Shown here: positions 9,038 through 19,817 of the stretch, piece by piece
Position numbering within the stretch: the stretch's first letter is position 1
How the letters are laid out: each line of letters opens with the position of its first letter
From: an uncultured Nitrososphaeraceae archaeon
GTDB taxonomy: Archaea; Thermoproteota; Nitrososphaeria; Nitrososphaerales; Nitrososphaeraceae
Length of the DNA: 32,435 nt
Assembly (NCBI GenBank): GCA_963825865.1
Contig: CAWGVG010000045.1
Coordinates: forward strand, 1 to 32,435
Direction: 5' to 3'
The notes under the pieces: model-generated
Seen by the model: the letters and a program-made list of their open reading frames with translations, nothing else
The model's database searches: none
What the model was told of the DNA's origin: nothing
Made by a program: the position numbers and the translations under genes

Positions 9038-11853
9038 GTGGAAATCTTAGAGCAATATAACAAAAAAAGGGACTTTACAAAGACACCGGAACCAGCAGGA
9101 AGAAATACGAAGGAACGTGGCACTAAAAAAAGCAAAGAGCTTAGATTTGTGGTACAGAAACATGATGCAACAAAGCTACATTACGATTTTAGATTAGAGA
9201 CAAAAAAGGAAGGTGTATTAAAATCCTGGGCAGTACCAAAAGGTGTTTCTCTAGATCCCAAAATAAAGAGGTTAGCAGTATTAACTGAAGATCATCCTTT
9301 AGATTATTTGCTTTTTGAAGGGATAATTCCAGAAGGAAGTTATGGGGGAGGAACTGTGATTGTTTGGGATACAGGCAGTTATACTTCAGAACAAGAAATT
9401 TCTGATCAGTTCAAAAATGGTAAAATTACCTTTACTTTGTTTGGCCAGAAATTAAAAGGAAGATTTTCGTTATTAAAAACATCAAGAGAGAATCAATGGC
9501 TTTTAATTAAAGGAAATGATGAGTTTGCATCTAAAGATGATTTAACTATCACGCGACCTGAGTCAGTTCTAACCGGAAGAACTAATCAAGACTTGGAAAA
9601 TGGTAAAGGAGGTAAAGCAAAATCAAACAAGAATAAGATCGCCATTGGAGAGTCTAAAAGCAAAGACAATGATGCTAATATTAATGATGACAACTACAAA
9701 AGACAAGATAAATCTAAAATACTTTCAACAACAGAAGTCAATCTAAAAGAAAAAGGACTCGGTGTTATTGCAGAATTTCCAACAAAAATAAAGCCAATGT
9801 TAGCCACATGTGTAGAGGAGTCCTTCAATGACAAAGACTGGGTTTTTGAAGTAAAATGGGATGGAGTACGAATCTATATTCTTTTTACACAAAGCAAAAA
9901 AAATATTTGAAATAAAATCTAGAAGTGACAAAACTATTACACACCGATATCCTGAACTAACAGAGCCGCTAAAATTAGCAATAAAATGCCAAGAGTCAAT
10001 CATACTAGACGGCGAGATTGTAGTTTTAGATAAAGACGGCATGCCAAGTTTTCAAAACCATCAGAGGAGAATGAACGTAGATTATAAAGCAGATATTGAA
10101 AAGTTGTCTTGGGAAATACCTGCAACATATTACATTTTTGACATTCTTTATTTGGATGGGAAAAACTTGCAGAATTTAGACTTTCTTCAAAGAAGGAGTA
10201 TCATTTCTAAGGTTATAAATAAAAACAACAAAGTACAAATTTCAGACTTCTTTAAAGAAAGAGGTAAAGAGATCTTTGATAGTGTCAAAACGATGAATCT
10301 TGAAGGAGTAGTGGCAAAATACAAGTCTAGTAGATACTTACAAGGCACAAGATCAAGAGAATGGCTAAAAATTAAAACTATAAAAACTCAAGATTGTGTA
10401 GTAATAGGATATACAAAGGGAGAAGGAAACAGAGAAGATTTTTTTGGTTCTCTTCTCCTGGCGGTGTATTATGGTAACAAATTAAGGTTTGTTGGCCATA
10501 GTGGAAGTGGATTTGATTTTGCTCAGCTTAACGAGGTATACAATAAACTTCAACAGATGAAGATAGAAAAATGTCCTGTTGACTATATCCCGTACACTAA
10601 TCGAGATCCTGTTTGGATTGAACCTAAACTTGTAGCAGAGGTAAAGTTCAGTGACTGGACACAGGAAAAGATTATGAGAGTGCCTATATTTCTTGGATTC
10701 AGGGAAGATAAAAAGCCAGAAGAATGTGTTTTTGAAGAAGAAAAGAGCACCGAAGAATTGGTTTCAAACGGTAATGAAAAGGAGCAACCACAGAAACTAC
10801 CTACCACCTATGAAGCTTCTGAAATATCTTCATCTAACAGTCCTAATACTACTACAATGTTACCTTCTTCTTCTTCTTTTTCTAACCTTGATAAAGTATT
10901 CTGGGATAAAAGCGAAAGCCATCCACAACTGACCAAAAAAGATTTGATTGAATACTATGACAAAATTAGCGAATATCTTATGCCTTATCTTAAAGACAGG
11001 CCCTTATCTTTGAGTAGATATCCTGACGGAATAAAAGGGAAGCATTTCTATCACAAGAATTGGGATAAAGAAAAACCAGATTTTGTACAAACTGTAAAGG
11101 TATATTCCAAATCTACAGATGATATTATTAACTACATCGTGTGCAATAACAAAGATACTCTTCTTTGGCTAGCAAACCTTGGATGTATAGAGATGCATCC
11201 ATGGTATAGTAGAGTTGATGATTTTAATTCGTGTAAAAGCGATCCGATACGATGAAGAAAAATGCGGATTGAACAAACCTGATTTTATAGTCTTTGATTT
11301 GGATCCTTATATTTACTCAGGCAGGGAGGAAAAAGGAGAAAAGGAACCAGAATACAATGTCAAAGCATTTAAAGCTCCAGTTGATGTGGCTTATGACCTA
11401 AAGGATCTTTTTGATGAATTAAAGATAAGATCCTATGTAAAGACGTCTGGAAAAACAGGATTGCATATCTTTATCCCTATTGTTTTATTATATACATATG
11501 ATCAGACAAGACGATTTGCTGAAATTATTGGAAAAATACTGAGCGCAAGATATCCTAAAAAAATAACAATGGACTGGCACACTACTAAAAGAGTTGGAAA
11601 AGTTTTCTTTGACCATAATCAAAATGCAATGGGAAAAACAGTAGCATCTATCTTTTCTGCAATGCCTACTGATTCGGCTACTATATCTATGCCTGTTAGG
11701 TGGCAAAAGTTATCGAGCATATATCCAACAGATTTTACCATCTTAAATGCTAATGATTTTGTAAAAAAATCAGGTGACTCTTGGATTGAAATATTGCAAC
11801 AGAAGCAAGACATAAACAAACTGCTTGAAGATATATCAGAAATTGGTAGCTAG
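9038..11853 (+). CDS. ligD: NHEJ DNA ligase D: phosphoesterase - ATP-dependent ligase - primase/polymerase fusion, frameshifts near 9872 and 11248
   Basis: PE: [40 protein letters not shown]: EVKWDGVR (KxDG), LDGEIV, IFDIL, EGVVAK, WLKIK plus an OB domain. POL: [40 protein letters not shown]. Confidence 0.95.
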
Positions 11854-11861
11854 GTGTTGTA

Positions 11862-12141
11862 CTTGCAAACAGAATATCGATGCGGCCCTTCTGCTCCTTC
11901 ACCTTGGCATACAGCCGATCAAGATCTGCTAGATTTGAGACATCACCCTGAACACCGGTAACGTTGTTGTTGTTGTTATTTTTGCCAATCTGCATGACTG
12001 CCGTATCGAGTTCGCTTTGACGGCGGCCTGTGATAAAAACATATGCGCCCTCCTCTGAGACGAACCGCTGTGCCGTGGCAAGGCCTATGCCGCTGTCTTC
12101 CCTCCGGTTATGACTGCAACTTTTCCTTCAAGCTTTTTCAT
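11862..12141 (-). pseudogene. SDR oxidoreductase, N-terminal fragment
   Basis: [14 protein letters not shown] / [11 protein letters not shown]...[12 protein letters not shown]...[15 protein letters not shown]...RIDILFA. It is frameshifted in TGxxxGIG and truncated before NAG, next to the ligD stop. Confidence 0.85.
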
Positions 12142-12372
12142 GATTTCTTTAATCCTGTTAGTAGGTTTTAAGTTTGCAAGAGTTAGTTGAGTGGGATAGT
12201 TCTGCTCTGGTTAAGTTTGTATCTTTAATAGATATCATGTTTGTATTTGAAAAACTAAGAAGAGTAGTAAGAAAGAAGGATCAGCAAGTGTAGATAAAGA
12301 AGAGATTACTGCTACAACAACAAATCAGGTTTTTTGAAAGTTCTCGAGTTAACTTTTTCTGGAAGATATTTG

Positions 12373-12380
12373 TTTAAATA
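12373..12380 (+). promoter_or_regulatory. Putative archaeal TATA box
   Basis: tttaaata 22-29 nt upstream of ATG 12402, a spacing compatible with a leaderless transcript. Confidence 0.45.
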
Positions 12381-12401
12381 CACGACAATATTCAAAAAAA
12401 T

Positions 12402-12740
12402 ATGGCCAATTATTGTTTTACGGTTCCTATACTTCCTGGAGGATTAGAACTAATGAGAAAATGGAATGATGAAAATATCGTTAACAATAAAGAGCATGAT
12501 GCAGTTTTCAAGGCGGCAGGAATATCGCGTGAACAGGTTTGGGTCCAACATTTGCCACAGGGAGATGTCGCAGTTGCCAGTTATGAGACAGACGATCCTG
12601 AACATTCATTTAAAGTATTAGCTACGTCCAGTGAACCATGGGCTGTAAAGTTTCGTGAACATCTGAAGAAAGGACATGGTTTGGATATTGCTCAATCGGA
12701 TATGCAACTTAATGAGTTGGTAGCTAATTGGAAACAATGA
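12402..12740 (+). CDS. Hypothetical protein, 112 aa, possibly a dimeric alpha-beta barrel
   Basis: Intact ORF with globular composition (FTVPILPG...GISREQVWVQ...FREHLKKGHGLD), an upstream TATA and a T-rich downstream tract. Confidence 0.7.
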   Translation: MANYCFTVPILPGGLELMRKWNDENIVNNKEHDAVFKAAGISREQVWVQHLPQGDVAVASYETDDPEHSFKVLATSSEPWAVKFREHLKKGHGLDIAQSDMQLNELVANWKQ

Positions 12741-12788
12741 GGGTAATAATGAAAAATTTATTCTTCTTATTTTTATAGTTTCTGTACT

Positions 12789-12938
12789 TTACCTACAAAA
12801 TTTAGAAAGCAGTTTTGTAATACCAATCACATTGCTGATATCATCTCTAGCTATGGGCAGAAAATCATAGCCGAATATGATATGTTCTACTCCCATATCC
12901 TTAATTCTTTTGAGGTCATCACCTATTTCTGCACATCC
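12789..12938 (-). pseudogene. Probable C-terminal fragment of an LLM-class F420-dependent oxidoreductase
   Basis: EIGDDLKRIKDMGVEHIIFGYDF...ITKLLSKFCR*, which resembles the luciferase-like TIM barrel end. No 5' part is present. Confidence 0.55.
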
Positions 12939-12995
12939 TCTAGGTACTGGCTATGCTAGTGGAATGCATATGATTAATAAGTATAACTTGGTTTT

Positions 12996-13077
12996 TATCA
13001 GACAAATCTATTGAACCTAAAGAAAAAGGAAAACATAAAGTTGATGATGCTGTTACTATAGATAAGAAACATAGTAA
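12996..13077 (+). repeat. Dispersed repeat, inverted copy of about 21766-21859
   Basis: 13021-13077 matches the reverse complement of 21766-21822 at 54/57 nt. Both also share tatcagacaaatc just upstream. Confidence 0.85.
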
Positions 13078-13377
13078 CAAAATACAATTTAAAATATCTG
13101 GGGCATATCTTTTTTTGAAAATTAAGTTTTCTTGATAGTGGTATTTATCAAACACATTGGGATTTGGTGCAATAGCACGTAAACTAAGGTAAATAACTAT
13201 AGCTGAGAAAGGGATGTCCTTTTTCACTACTATGCATACCCTTGAAAGGAGGAATATACATCCAGTCATAATCAACAAGTTTTATCTGCAAATCCTTTGT
13301 CACGATTATGTTATCATGCTGTGCTATTTGTGATCTCCTAAACTGCTCTAACATATGCCTGAATTTTTCAGCTAAAT

Positions 13378-13713
13378 CTAATAGCTGTTTTTTATTGTAA
13401 AGATTTCTTTGAACAAGATGTTCATACCGCTGTTGGAAAGAATAAAAGCTTTTTTCTGTAGCGTAGGTGCTGCCTCTATTAATTTCTGAATTTCTTCCTC
13501 CTCAAGATATTCTGCTATGTCAAAATTTGTCTCTTTTCCAAGCCTTTCTTTTCCCACATTAACAGAGAACCAACTAACTGCTTCTGGATAACGTTCATTA
13601 TTTCCATAAACTACTTTATAATAAAATTTTAGAATACGTCTGAATTTTTCGTGTGTTGATGCTTTATAGTCCTTGTAATCCATCCATTTCAACAACGATC
13701 GTATCAACAACAA
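13378..13713 (-). pseudogene. Tyrosine recombinase/integrase, N-terminal/core fragment
   Basis: STHEKFRRILKFYYK...YPEAVSWF...YLEEEEIQKLIEAAPTLQKKAFI, which stops just before the catalytic Arg box. Confidence 0.7.
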
Positions 13714-13726
13714 CTCGCAATGTCGG

Positions 13727-13943
13727 AGTCACTAATGAGAGTATTAGGTCGCTTGCCATTAACCTCTTTACCTTGTCTGAATAATGGATTAATATTTGCT
13801 GTATATTTTGTATCAGCTACTTGCTGTGCTATCCAGGCTTTCCACGCTTCCCCGACATTCGGTTTGATTTTCTGTAGATAATTTTCCATTGATCCAACAT
13901 ATTTCTTTATCCACCTGTAAACAGCTACATGACTCGAGACAAT
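13727..13943 (-). mobile_element. IS6-like DDE transposase remnant with an internal deletion
   Basis: SHVAVYRWIKKYVGSMENYLQKIKPNVGEAW / WIAQQVADTK...LFRQGKEVNGKRPNTLISD. The HTH end and second-Asp region are present, but the first-Asp segment (WxxDE) is missing. Confidence 0.6.
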
Positions 13944-14038
13944 ATTAGTGTATTAGTAATGGCAATGACAGTAGTAGTGCTGTACTGTTTGCTCTATGGC
14001 CCAAACAGTACAACCGAATGCTGCAGTATAATTTGATT

Positions 14039-14864
14039 CTATAATAAGCAAGATGACCGCTTTCGAGAATCTCGTATGTACTCGTCGTGCCGACCGAAAC
14101 CACGGCCCCGTTTCGTTCCGCCCATTCGGCGCCCGGTCGAGCCACTGGTACATTCCCCAGAGCGCGTCGAGGCCGCGCGCGTAAGTGGAGTAGGTGTGGT
14201 AGATGACGCCATCGGAGAGTGCGAACGCGCTCATGCCCGGCGCCTCGCGGGTGTAGGTGGGGATGTCGGTGCCGGTCATGGCCGCGAAATCGCCTGAAAA
14301 GTCGAGGCGCGCTCGAATCCGGTCTTGACGGGCCTTTGAGCCGGCCTCCGAGTCGGATGTCGTGCCGAGCGTGCTGTAATTGTAGTCGATGCTGCCGGAG
14401 CGCTGCTGCTCCTCGCTGAACGAGGTGTTGAATTCATAGTTGAAATCGCTGTTCAGGGACGAGGCCCACGTGAACGTCCAGCCCATGCGGCGCTTGTAGG
14501 CCTGGAGCGCGGCGATTGGGGCGCGTGAGACCGCGATCATCGCGACGTCGTGGTGCTCAAGGTGCACGGCGAAGCCGTTAAAGCCGTCCGCGATCGCAGA
14601 GCATGCCGGGCAGCCGCCTGTGTAATCGGGGCCGAACATGAAATGATAGATGAGGAGCTGCGAGCGTCCTCTGAACAGATCGGCAAGAGACGCCATGCCC
14701 TCGTCGGTCTCGAAACGGTACTCCTTGTCAATTCGAACCCAAGGCAGTCTCTGCCGCCACTGCGCCAGTTCGTCACTACGCCGCGTCAGCGCCTTCTCGG
14801 CCTTGAGCAGCTCCAGCCGGGCCGCAAGCCACTCTTCACGTGTTCCGATCTTGTGGTCAGTCAT
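14039..14864 (-). CDS. DUF899 family (thioredoxin-like) protein, high GC; frameshift near 14092 (the track ORF reads on to 13953)
   Basis: EKALTRRSDELA, LADLFRGRSQL, YHFMFGP, GCPACS, VSRAP, DFNY, YHTYS, LDRAPNGRNE. The conserved terminal RHDEY is in the +1 frame, with a stop at 14039-14041. Confidence 0.9.
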
Positions 14865-14869
14865 TGTTT

Positions 14870-14877
14870 CTCTCCTT
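14870..14877 (-). promoter_or_regulatory. Shine-Dalgarno sequence for the DUF899 gene
   Basis: AAGGAGAG ends 5 nt before the ATG on the minus strand. Confidence 0.6.
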
Positions 14878-15439
14878 CTTGCCGCCGAAAATGTGTTCCA
14901 TAAGCTATACTTCTAATCGATGCATGATCCTTTTCTCTTTTCATATGACCATGGGACAGGAACAAATTATATAAAGTGTAAGAAAGAGATAGCGAACCAA
15001 GTTTTGAACAAAAATCTCAATTACTTTTGAAAGATTTTGAAAGTGATTGTAAGTAGCTATTTGTATATTTCTTAGAAATGTTCTCATTGCTACTTATTTT
15101 ATCTTTGTATGTCTCAACATCACTAACATACAATACCATTCTGTAAGGTCGTGCTATATGATGACTAACAATACTGAGTATAAGGAGGAGGCTAGGCTAC
15201 TCAATATTGACTCCACTAGCTCCTTATTATCTCATCCAACTGTGTGAGCTCAGCTCCTTGTTAGTAAAGTCCAGAACATGGCCAACATCAAGGTAACGAT
15301 GGTCGGTAAGTGCTACAAAACGCATATCAGATATTTGTGAACTATTAGCAAAGCCTTACTGCAGTAACGATACATGTTTCTACAGCTTGGGCATCACTAC
15401 AAAGGTATTTTTAAGATGATGGTCATAACAGTATGATAT

Positions 15440-15944
15440 ATGTTTATAAAAACCTCTTTTATAGTTAGACTTGCAGTCATATTTATTTCTACTTCTATCC
15501 TACTAGTATCTAACAATGTCCATGTGTATGCGCAATATTTTCCAGGTCAACAGATTCCTGGGCCGCCCGGTCCACCAGGACCTCCTGGCTTGAATGGTAC
15601 TCAGGGAAAGCAAGGACCACCAGGACCTGCGGGACCAACAGGACCATCTGGACCTCCTGTACACAGGGGCCACCAGGACCTCCTGGCTTGAATGGTACTC
15701 AGGGAAAGCAAGGTCCACCAGGACCTGCGGGACCAACAGGACCATCTGGACCTCCTGGTACACAGGGGCCACCAGGACCTCCTGGCTTGAATGGGTACTC
15801 AGGGAAAGCAAGGTCCACCAGGACCTCCCGGTCCACCAGGACCTGCTGGTCCTCCTGGGCTACCAGGACCTGCTGGTCCTCCTGGGCTACCAGGACCTCC
15901 TGGTCCTCCTGGGCTACCAGGACCTCCTAGAGCTCCCCGCTTGA
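15440..15944 (+). CDS. Secreted collagen-like (Gly-X-Y) protein, frameshifted
   Basis: Signal peptide ending VYA-Q, then [30 protein letters not shown] repeats. Frames shift near 15658 and 15793. Confidence 0.85.
15566..15927 (+). repeat. Tandem ~99-bp units (about 2.5 copies) followed by 27-bp units (about 3 copies)
   Basis: ttgaatgg(g)tactcagggaaagcaagg at 15590, 15688 and 15787; ggacct(g/c)ctggtcctcctgggctacca repeated from about 15839. Confidence 0.9.
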
Positions 15945-16405
15945 ACAGGTACCTCTAGGCAACACCAGCTCGATAAGGTAGCAAATGAAATAGTACTCGA
16001 ATATATCTCCCCTTATACAATTCCAACACCAAGTAAAGATGATTAGAATTTTCATCAAATCAAAAGACTATATTTGCAATCATAGCAATTGTAGTGGCGC
16101 TATCATTTGCAGCGATAGGCCCAATGATCATATGTTGTCGCCTTGGTGTTGCAATAGTGGATAAAGACGAACACGTTTCTTCCATTCATGTCAGATGATG
16201 AAACTATTGTCGTGCAAGTTGGTTAAAAGAAAAAGGATTAGAAACGACGACAGTGAAAGATAAACGTGAACCGTTTATACAATAGATTCAATTTTCAATA
16301 AGATTTTTTGATTAATCAGTATCTGCAGCCCACATTTTACTACATAAACCATAAATAGAAAACTGCTGTCTGAGGGTTAATCATGAAGGATGACTATGAC
16401 TGTTT

Positions 16406-17263
16406 GTGAACCAACAATCTTCAGCCGCTGCAGGAAGAGTAGTATCATTATGGCGATACCCAGTCAAGTCAATGATGGGAGAAGAGCTCAATTCTTCATA
16501 CGTGACTGAACGAGGACTTATAGGTGATCGCACATACGCGATAGTAGACAAGCAAACTGGCAAGGCAGCTCAGTGCAAAGAACCCTAGAAAATGGGGAAA
16601 GCTCTTTGACTTTCGATCTATATTTATAGATTCGCCACGCGATGTAAATGATATTCCACCAGTCAGGATTACTTTTCCAGATGGCAGTAACATTACATCA
16701 GACGATAAAACATAATGATGGTATCAATTCTCGTTTATCAGAGGTTTTCAATAGAGAAGTTACACTTATGAAGCTAGCGATTTTGAAAAACCAAGCTATG
16801 AGGAGTATTGGCCAGATATAGATGGTCTGGCACGAAGAGAACAGGTCACAGACGAGGCCATGCCTTCGAAGACTTTCTTTGATATTGCTGTAATACATAT
16901 ACTAACTACATCTACAATCAATCGTTTGCGTGAACTCTGTCAAGAAGGACGCTTTGAGGTTAGACGATTTAGACCTAATATAGTAGTAGAATCAGCAGCT
17001 TCTAAAAAAAGAACAAGAATGACTTCATTGAGAATTCATGGGTAGAAAAGAAGTTGATAATTGGTAAAGATTCCTGACTGAATATTACGGCACCATGCAC
17101 TAGATGTGTAATGATTACCCTACCACAAGGAGACCTTCCCCAAGATTTGGGCATCTTAACTACAGTAGCGAAATATAACCAAGTACATGCTGGTGTGTAT
17201 GCATCTGTAGAGAGTGGTGGAACAATTCATCGCGGAGACACTGTCCGAATCGAAGAAGAATAA
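16406..17263 (+). CDS. MOSC domain protein, several frameshifts
   Basis: SLWRYPVKSMMGE, GDRTYA, FFDIAVIHILTTST, RRFRPNIVV, PCTRCVMIT, GVYASV..GGTIHRGD. Confidence 0.85.
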
Positions 17264-17370
17264 AAAAATAACAAAACTAAAAGAAATAAGAAACGCTATA
17301 GTTTAGGAGGAAGTACTAACGACTAATCAAGTAATGAACAACAACAGGCATAGACATACAGTGGTTTAAC

Positions 17371-17859
17371 ATGCAACCTGGAGAAAAAACGGTACTGGAA
17401 TTTCTGCCAGAATTTGGACCAGTTATGAAGGATTTTGATGGTGATGGAATAGCAGAGACACTAAGATATGAGTATAAGGTAATAGACTTGAATCATAAAG
17501 AAGATGGCCCTAAACCCTGGGACTTGAGTAAAACTTGGTCTGAAGAAATAGACTACCATCTAAAGCAAGGACATCATATACTAAAGGCTGAAAGAGTAGG
17601 TTCAGGCATGAAAACAAAGTATCGTTTCTCACCTATTGTTACTGCTACTACTAATACTACTACCGTCCTGCTGCAACATCATAGTCTGCTGTCTATCAGG
17701 CAGCAGTTTGGTAACGTTTCAAATGAAAATGAAATTGCATTTTGTGTAAGGCTATTAAATTTAACAGGTCTTTTGATTAGTGGTTCGATTAATGCTTCCA
17801 GGAAAGCTTTCAAAGCAAGTGAGAAATTCATGTTTATATCATGGTTAATTATAAAATAA
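17371..17859 (+). CDS. Hypothetical protein, possibly OB-fold/ssDNA-binding of mobile-element origin; the 3' part is probably read-through
   Basis: Globular N-terminal ~90 aa (QPGEKTVLEF...RYEYKVID...LKAERVGSGMKTKY) followed by a Thr-rich run and an unrelated tail. Confidence 0.5.
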   Translation: MQPGEKTVLEFLPEFGPVMKDFDGDGIAETLRYEYKVIDLNHKEDGPKPWDLSKTWSEEIDYHLKQGHHILKAERVGSGMKTKYRFSPIVTATTNTTTVLLQHHSLLSIRQQFGNVSNENEIAFCVRLLNLTGLLISGSINASRKAFKASEKFMFISWLIIK

Positions 17860-18000
17860 TGGCGTAGATTATAATTATTATTATCATTATCTACTCTATG
17901 CTCATGACATTGAAACTTACAAAACCATTTTTCTAGAAATAAGGAGAATCTAAGCATGACTATGGCCATATATATAATATCATATAAAGTATAAACTAAA

Positions 18001-18959
18001 TTGAACAATTCAATCAGTTTCCTTGCGATTGCAGTATTTACTGTTATTGCTCTGATCCTTGTCATTATCGCTTTGGAAATATCCCTGCCGATTAACATCA
18101 CAACATACGGGCGGTAGCATCAGCTCAATGATACAAACAACGACAACAGTAAAGTAGTAATTCTAACTTTTGGTGATACTAAGAAAAGTCAATTTACTAC
18201 AGCCAAACCAATTTTGGATCAATACGGATTTAAGGCAAGTTTCTTCATTACATGTAGTTATGCAGGCGATCAAAAAACAAACACAGCATTTGAGTTGGAA
18301 TGATATACTTAGCATTACAAGAAGATGGACAGGACATAGAGTCCAAAGGTATGACTCCAGTAGATCTAAATAACTTGTCTCCAAATGCTTTGGATTTTGA
18401 GACTGCCGGTTCTAAACAATGCTTGGAAAATCATGGTATTAATTCACCTAATATCTTTGGAGCAAAATATGGTAACGTATGGAATAATCCAACTGTGATA
18501 GATGCAATATCCAAATATTATGGCTTTGCGGACAATGGATTTGCTCCATTGATGTTTTTGCATTGCGATGGATATGAAAAGTAGTAAGCAGACTGATTGT
18601 AGGACCTATGATGATAATGGTGAGTCTAACATATGCAAATAGATATTCTATAAGAGAAGAGAGTCATAACTCTCGGGATAAGACATATCTACACAACGAT
18701 CAAATCATATTTCAAAAGTTTGTAGAAGAAGTGAATAGTGGAATTGGATTCAACAACAAAAAAGGAATGGTGGATGCTATTCCAATAGTTGCTTATCATA
18801 CTATAGATGATAGCCAGGATCCTTTTAGCACAGATGTAAACCTGTTTGCTGCCTGAGATGAAATATCTACACGACAACGGCTTCAAAGTAATACCAATGT
18901 CTGATTTAGGATACGACGAAAGCACAAACTACATGTATATAAAAACAACAAGAGACTGA
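18001..18959 (+). CDS. Polysaccharide deacetylase (NodB/CE4-like), secreted, several frameshifts
   Basis: TM/signal segment, then KVVILTFGD, KPILDQYGFKASFFI, SWNDILALQEDGQDIES, IPIVAYH and EMKYLHDNGFKVI. Confidence 0.8.
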
Positions 18960-19056
18960 AATAAGCGTATATGTAACTTGTTAAGTTAAAGGTCACACTT
19001 TCGATCAACCAATCAATAAAGAATGGCAGTATGGGAGCATTACTTCTTTATTCATA

Positions 19057-19509
19057 TCAAACGCTTTCCTGAGGAAAAGGTGAAATTAGGGTATGCTTCT
19101 TGTTACTATTAGTTAATTCTTGCTCTTGTGCCCTTATACTATCGCCAGATACTAGCATCTTGAAGTTACCTGCTGAGTTTAGTTTTACCTGTTTTAGATC
19201 TGCAAAGGTGTTAACCATTTTACAATATAGTCCAGCCGATGCAAACCTATCATCTTCTAAATCTTGTAATGCTACGTGGCTAGTGTTTTCAAATCCAACT
19301 AGGGCCTCAATGATTTTTATAAATACGCCTTTGCCATTTGAGCCGGGCCCTACTAGCATGACAGCCTTTTCGTATTCAGCAGTTTTGTATAGACAATAGC
19401 CGATTATCTGCATTGCTAAAAATATGTCCTGTGGATGTAATACTTGACTGAAGAATCTAAGGATGTTAGGACACTTTGCACTAGGATCGTATTTGACAGG
19501 TAACTGCAC
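19057..19509 (-). pseudogene. P4/D5-family primase-helicase (SF3) internal fragment
   Basis: YDPSAKCP, EKAVMLVGPGSNGKG (Walker A), NTFAD, FKMLVSGDSI. It is truncated at both ends. Confidence 0.85.
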
Positions 19510-19730
19510 TAAAGATAACTGATCTGGACTATGTTCTGTGCTTGAATATAATACACTGTTGAGCCAACCATGGTTCCAGTATCTATAATTCTATTTATAA
19601 TATTACTAGTGGAGGTATTATAAGTGAATTCTAACTTGTATGCAGGTCTACCTGCAAGGCTGGAAGTAGTGTCATTATCAACAAGATCAAAATTTGACAA
19701 GGTTTTTTCTCTCTTAATAGTAATGTTCAA
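19509..19730 (-). pseudogene. PsbP-like (DUF1795) protein fragment
   Basis: TSSLAGRPAYKLEFTY...GTMVGSTVYYI pattern. Confidence 0.55.
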
Positions 19731-19817
19731 AGCGTCGCTTAGATTTTGAGATGAAATAGTGTATGTGCCTATAATAATGGGTTCTAGTCAAAAAAATAAG
19801 AAATGTTAGTATTATTA

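Noticed and set aside
8835-9050. 71 aa ORF between ku and ligD
   Set aside because: No motif; it occupies the divergent promoter region and overlaps the ligD start out of frame.
9038-11853. LigD as three separate genes, or programmed frameshifting
   Set aside because: The breaks fall inside domains (just after ligase motif I and mid-POL), not at domain boundaries, and no clear slippery site is present.
13190-13345. Integrase catalytic C-terminus (HSMIT...MTG-like reading on the minus strand)
   Set aside because: Too fragmented by stops and shifts to support as a feature.
14076-14916. Several overlapping plus-strand and alternate-frame ORFs in the GC-rich segment
   Set aside because: Shadow ORFs caused by stop-codon scarcity in high-GC DNA. 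The DUF899 frame explains the region.
15503-15944. ORFs 15503-15811 (-) and 15594-15944 (+) with QDLL/QEVL repeats
   Set aside because: Off-frame or antisense readings of the collagen repeat.
17679-18101. 140 aa minus-strand ORF
   Set aside because: Antisense to the deacetylase signal region and the 17371 ORF; low complexity with no motif.
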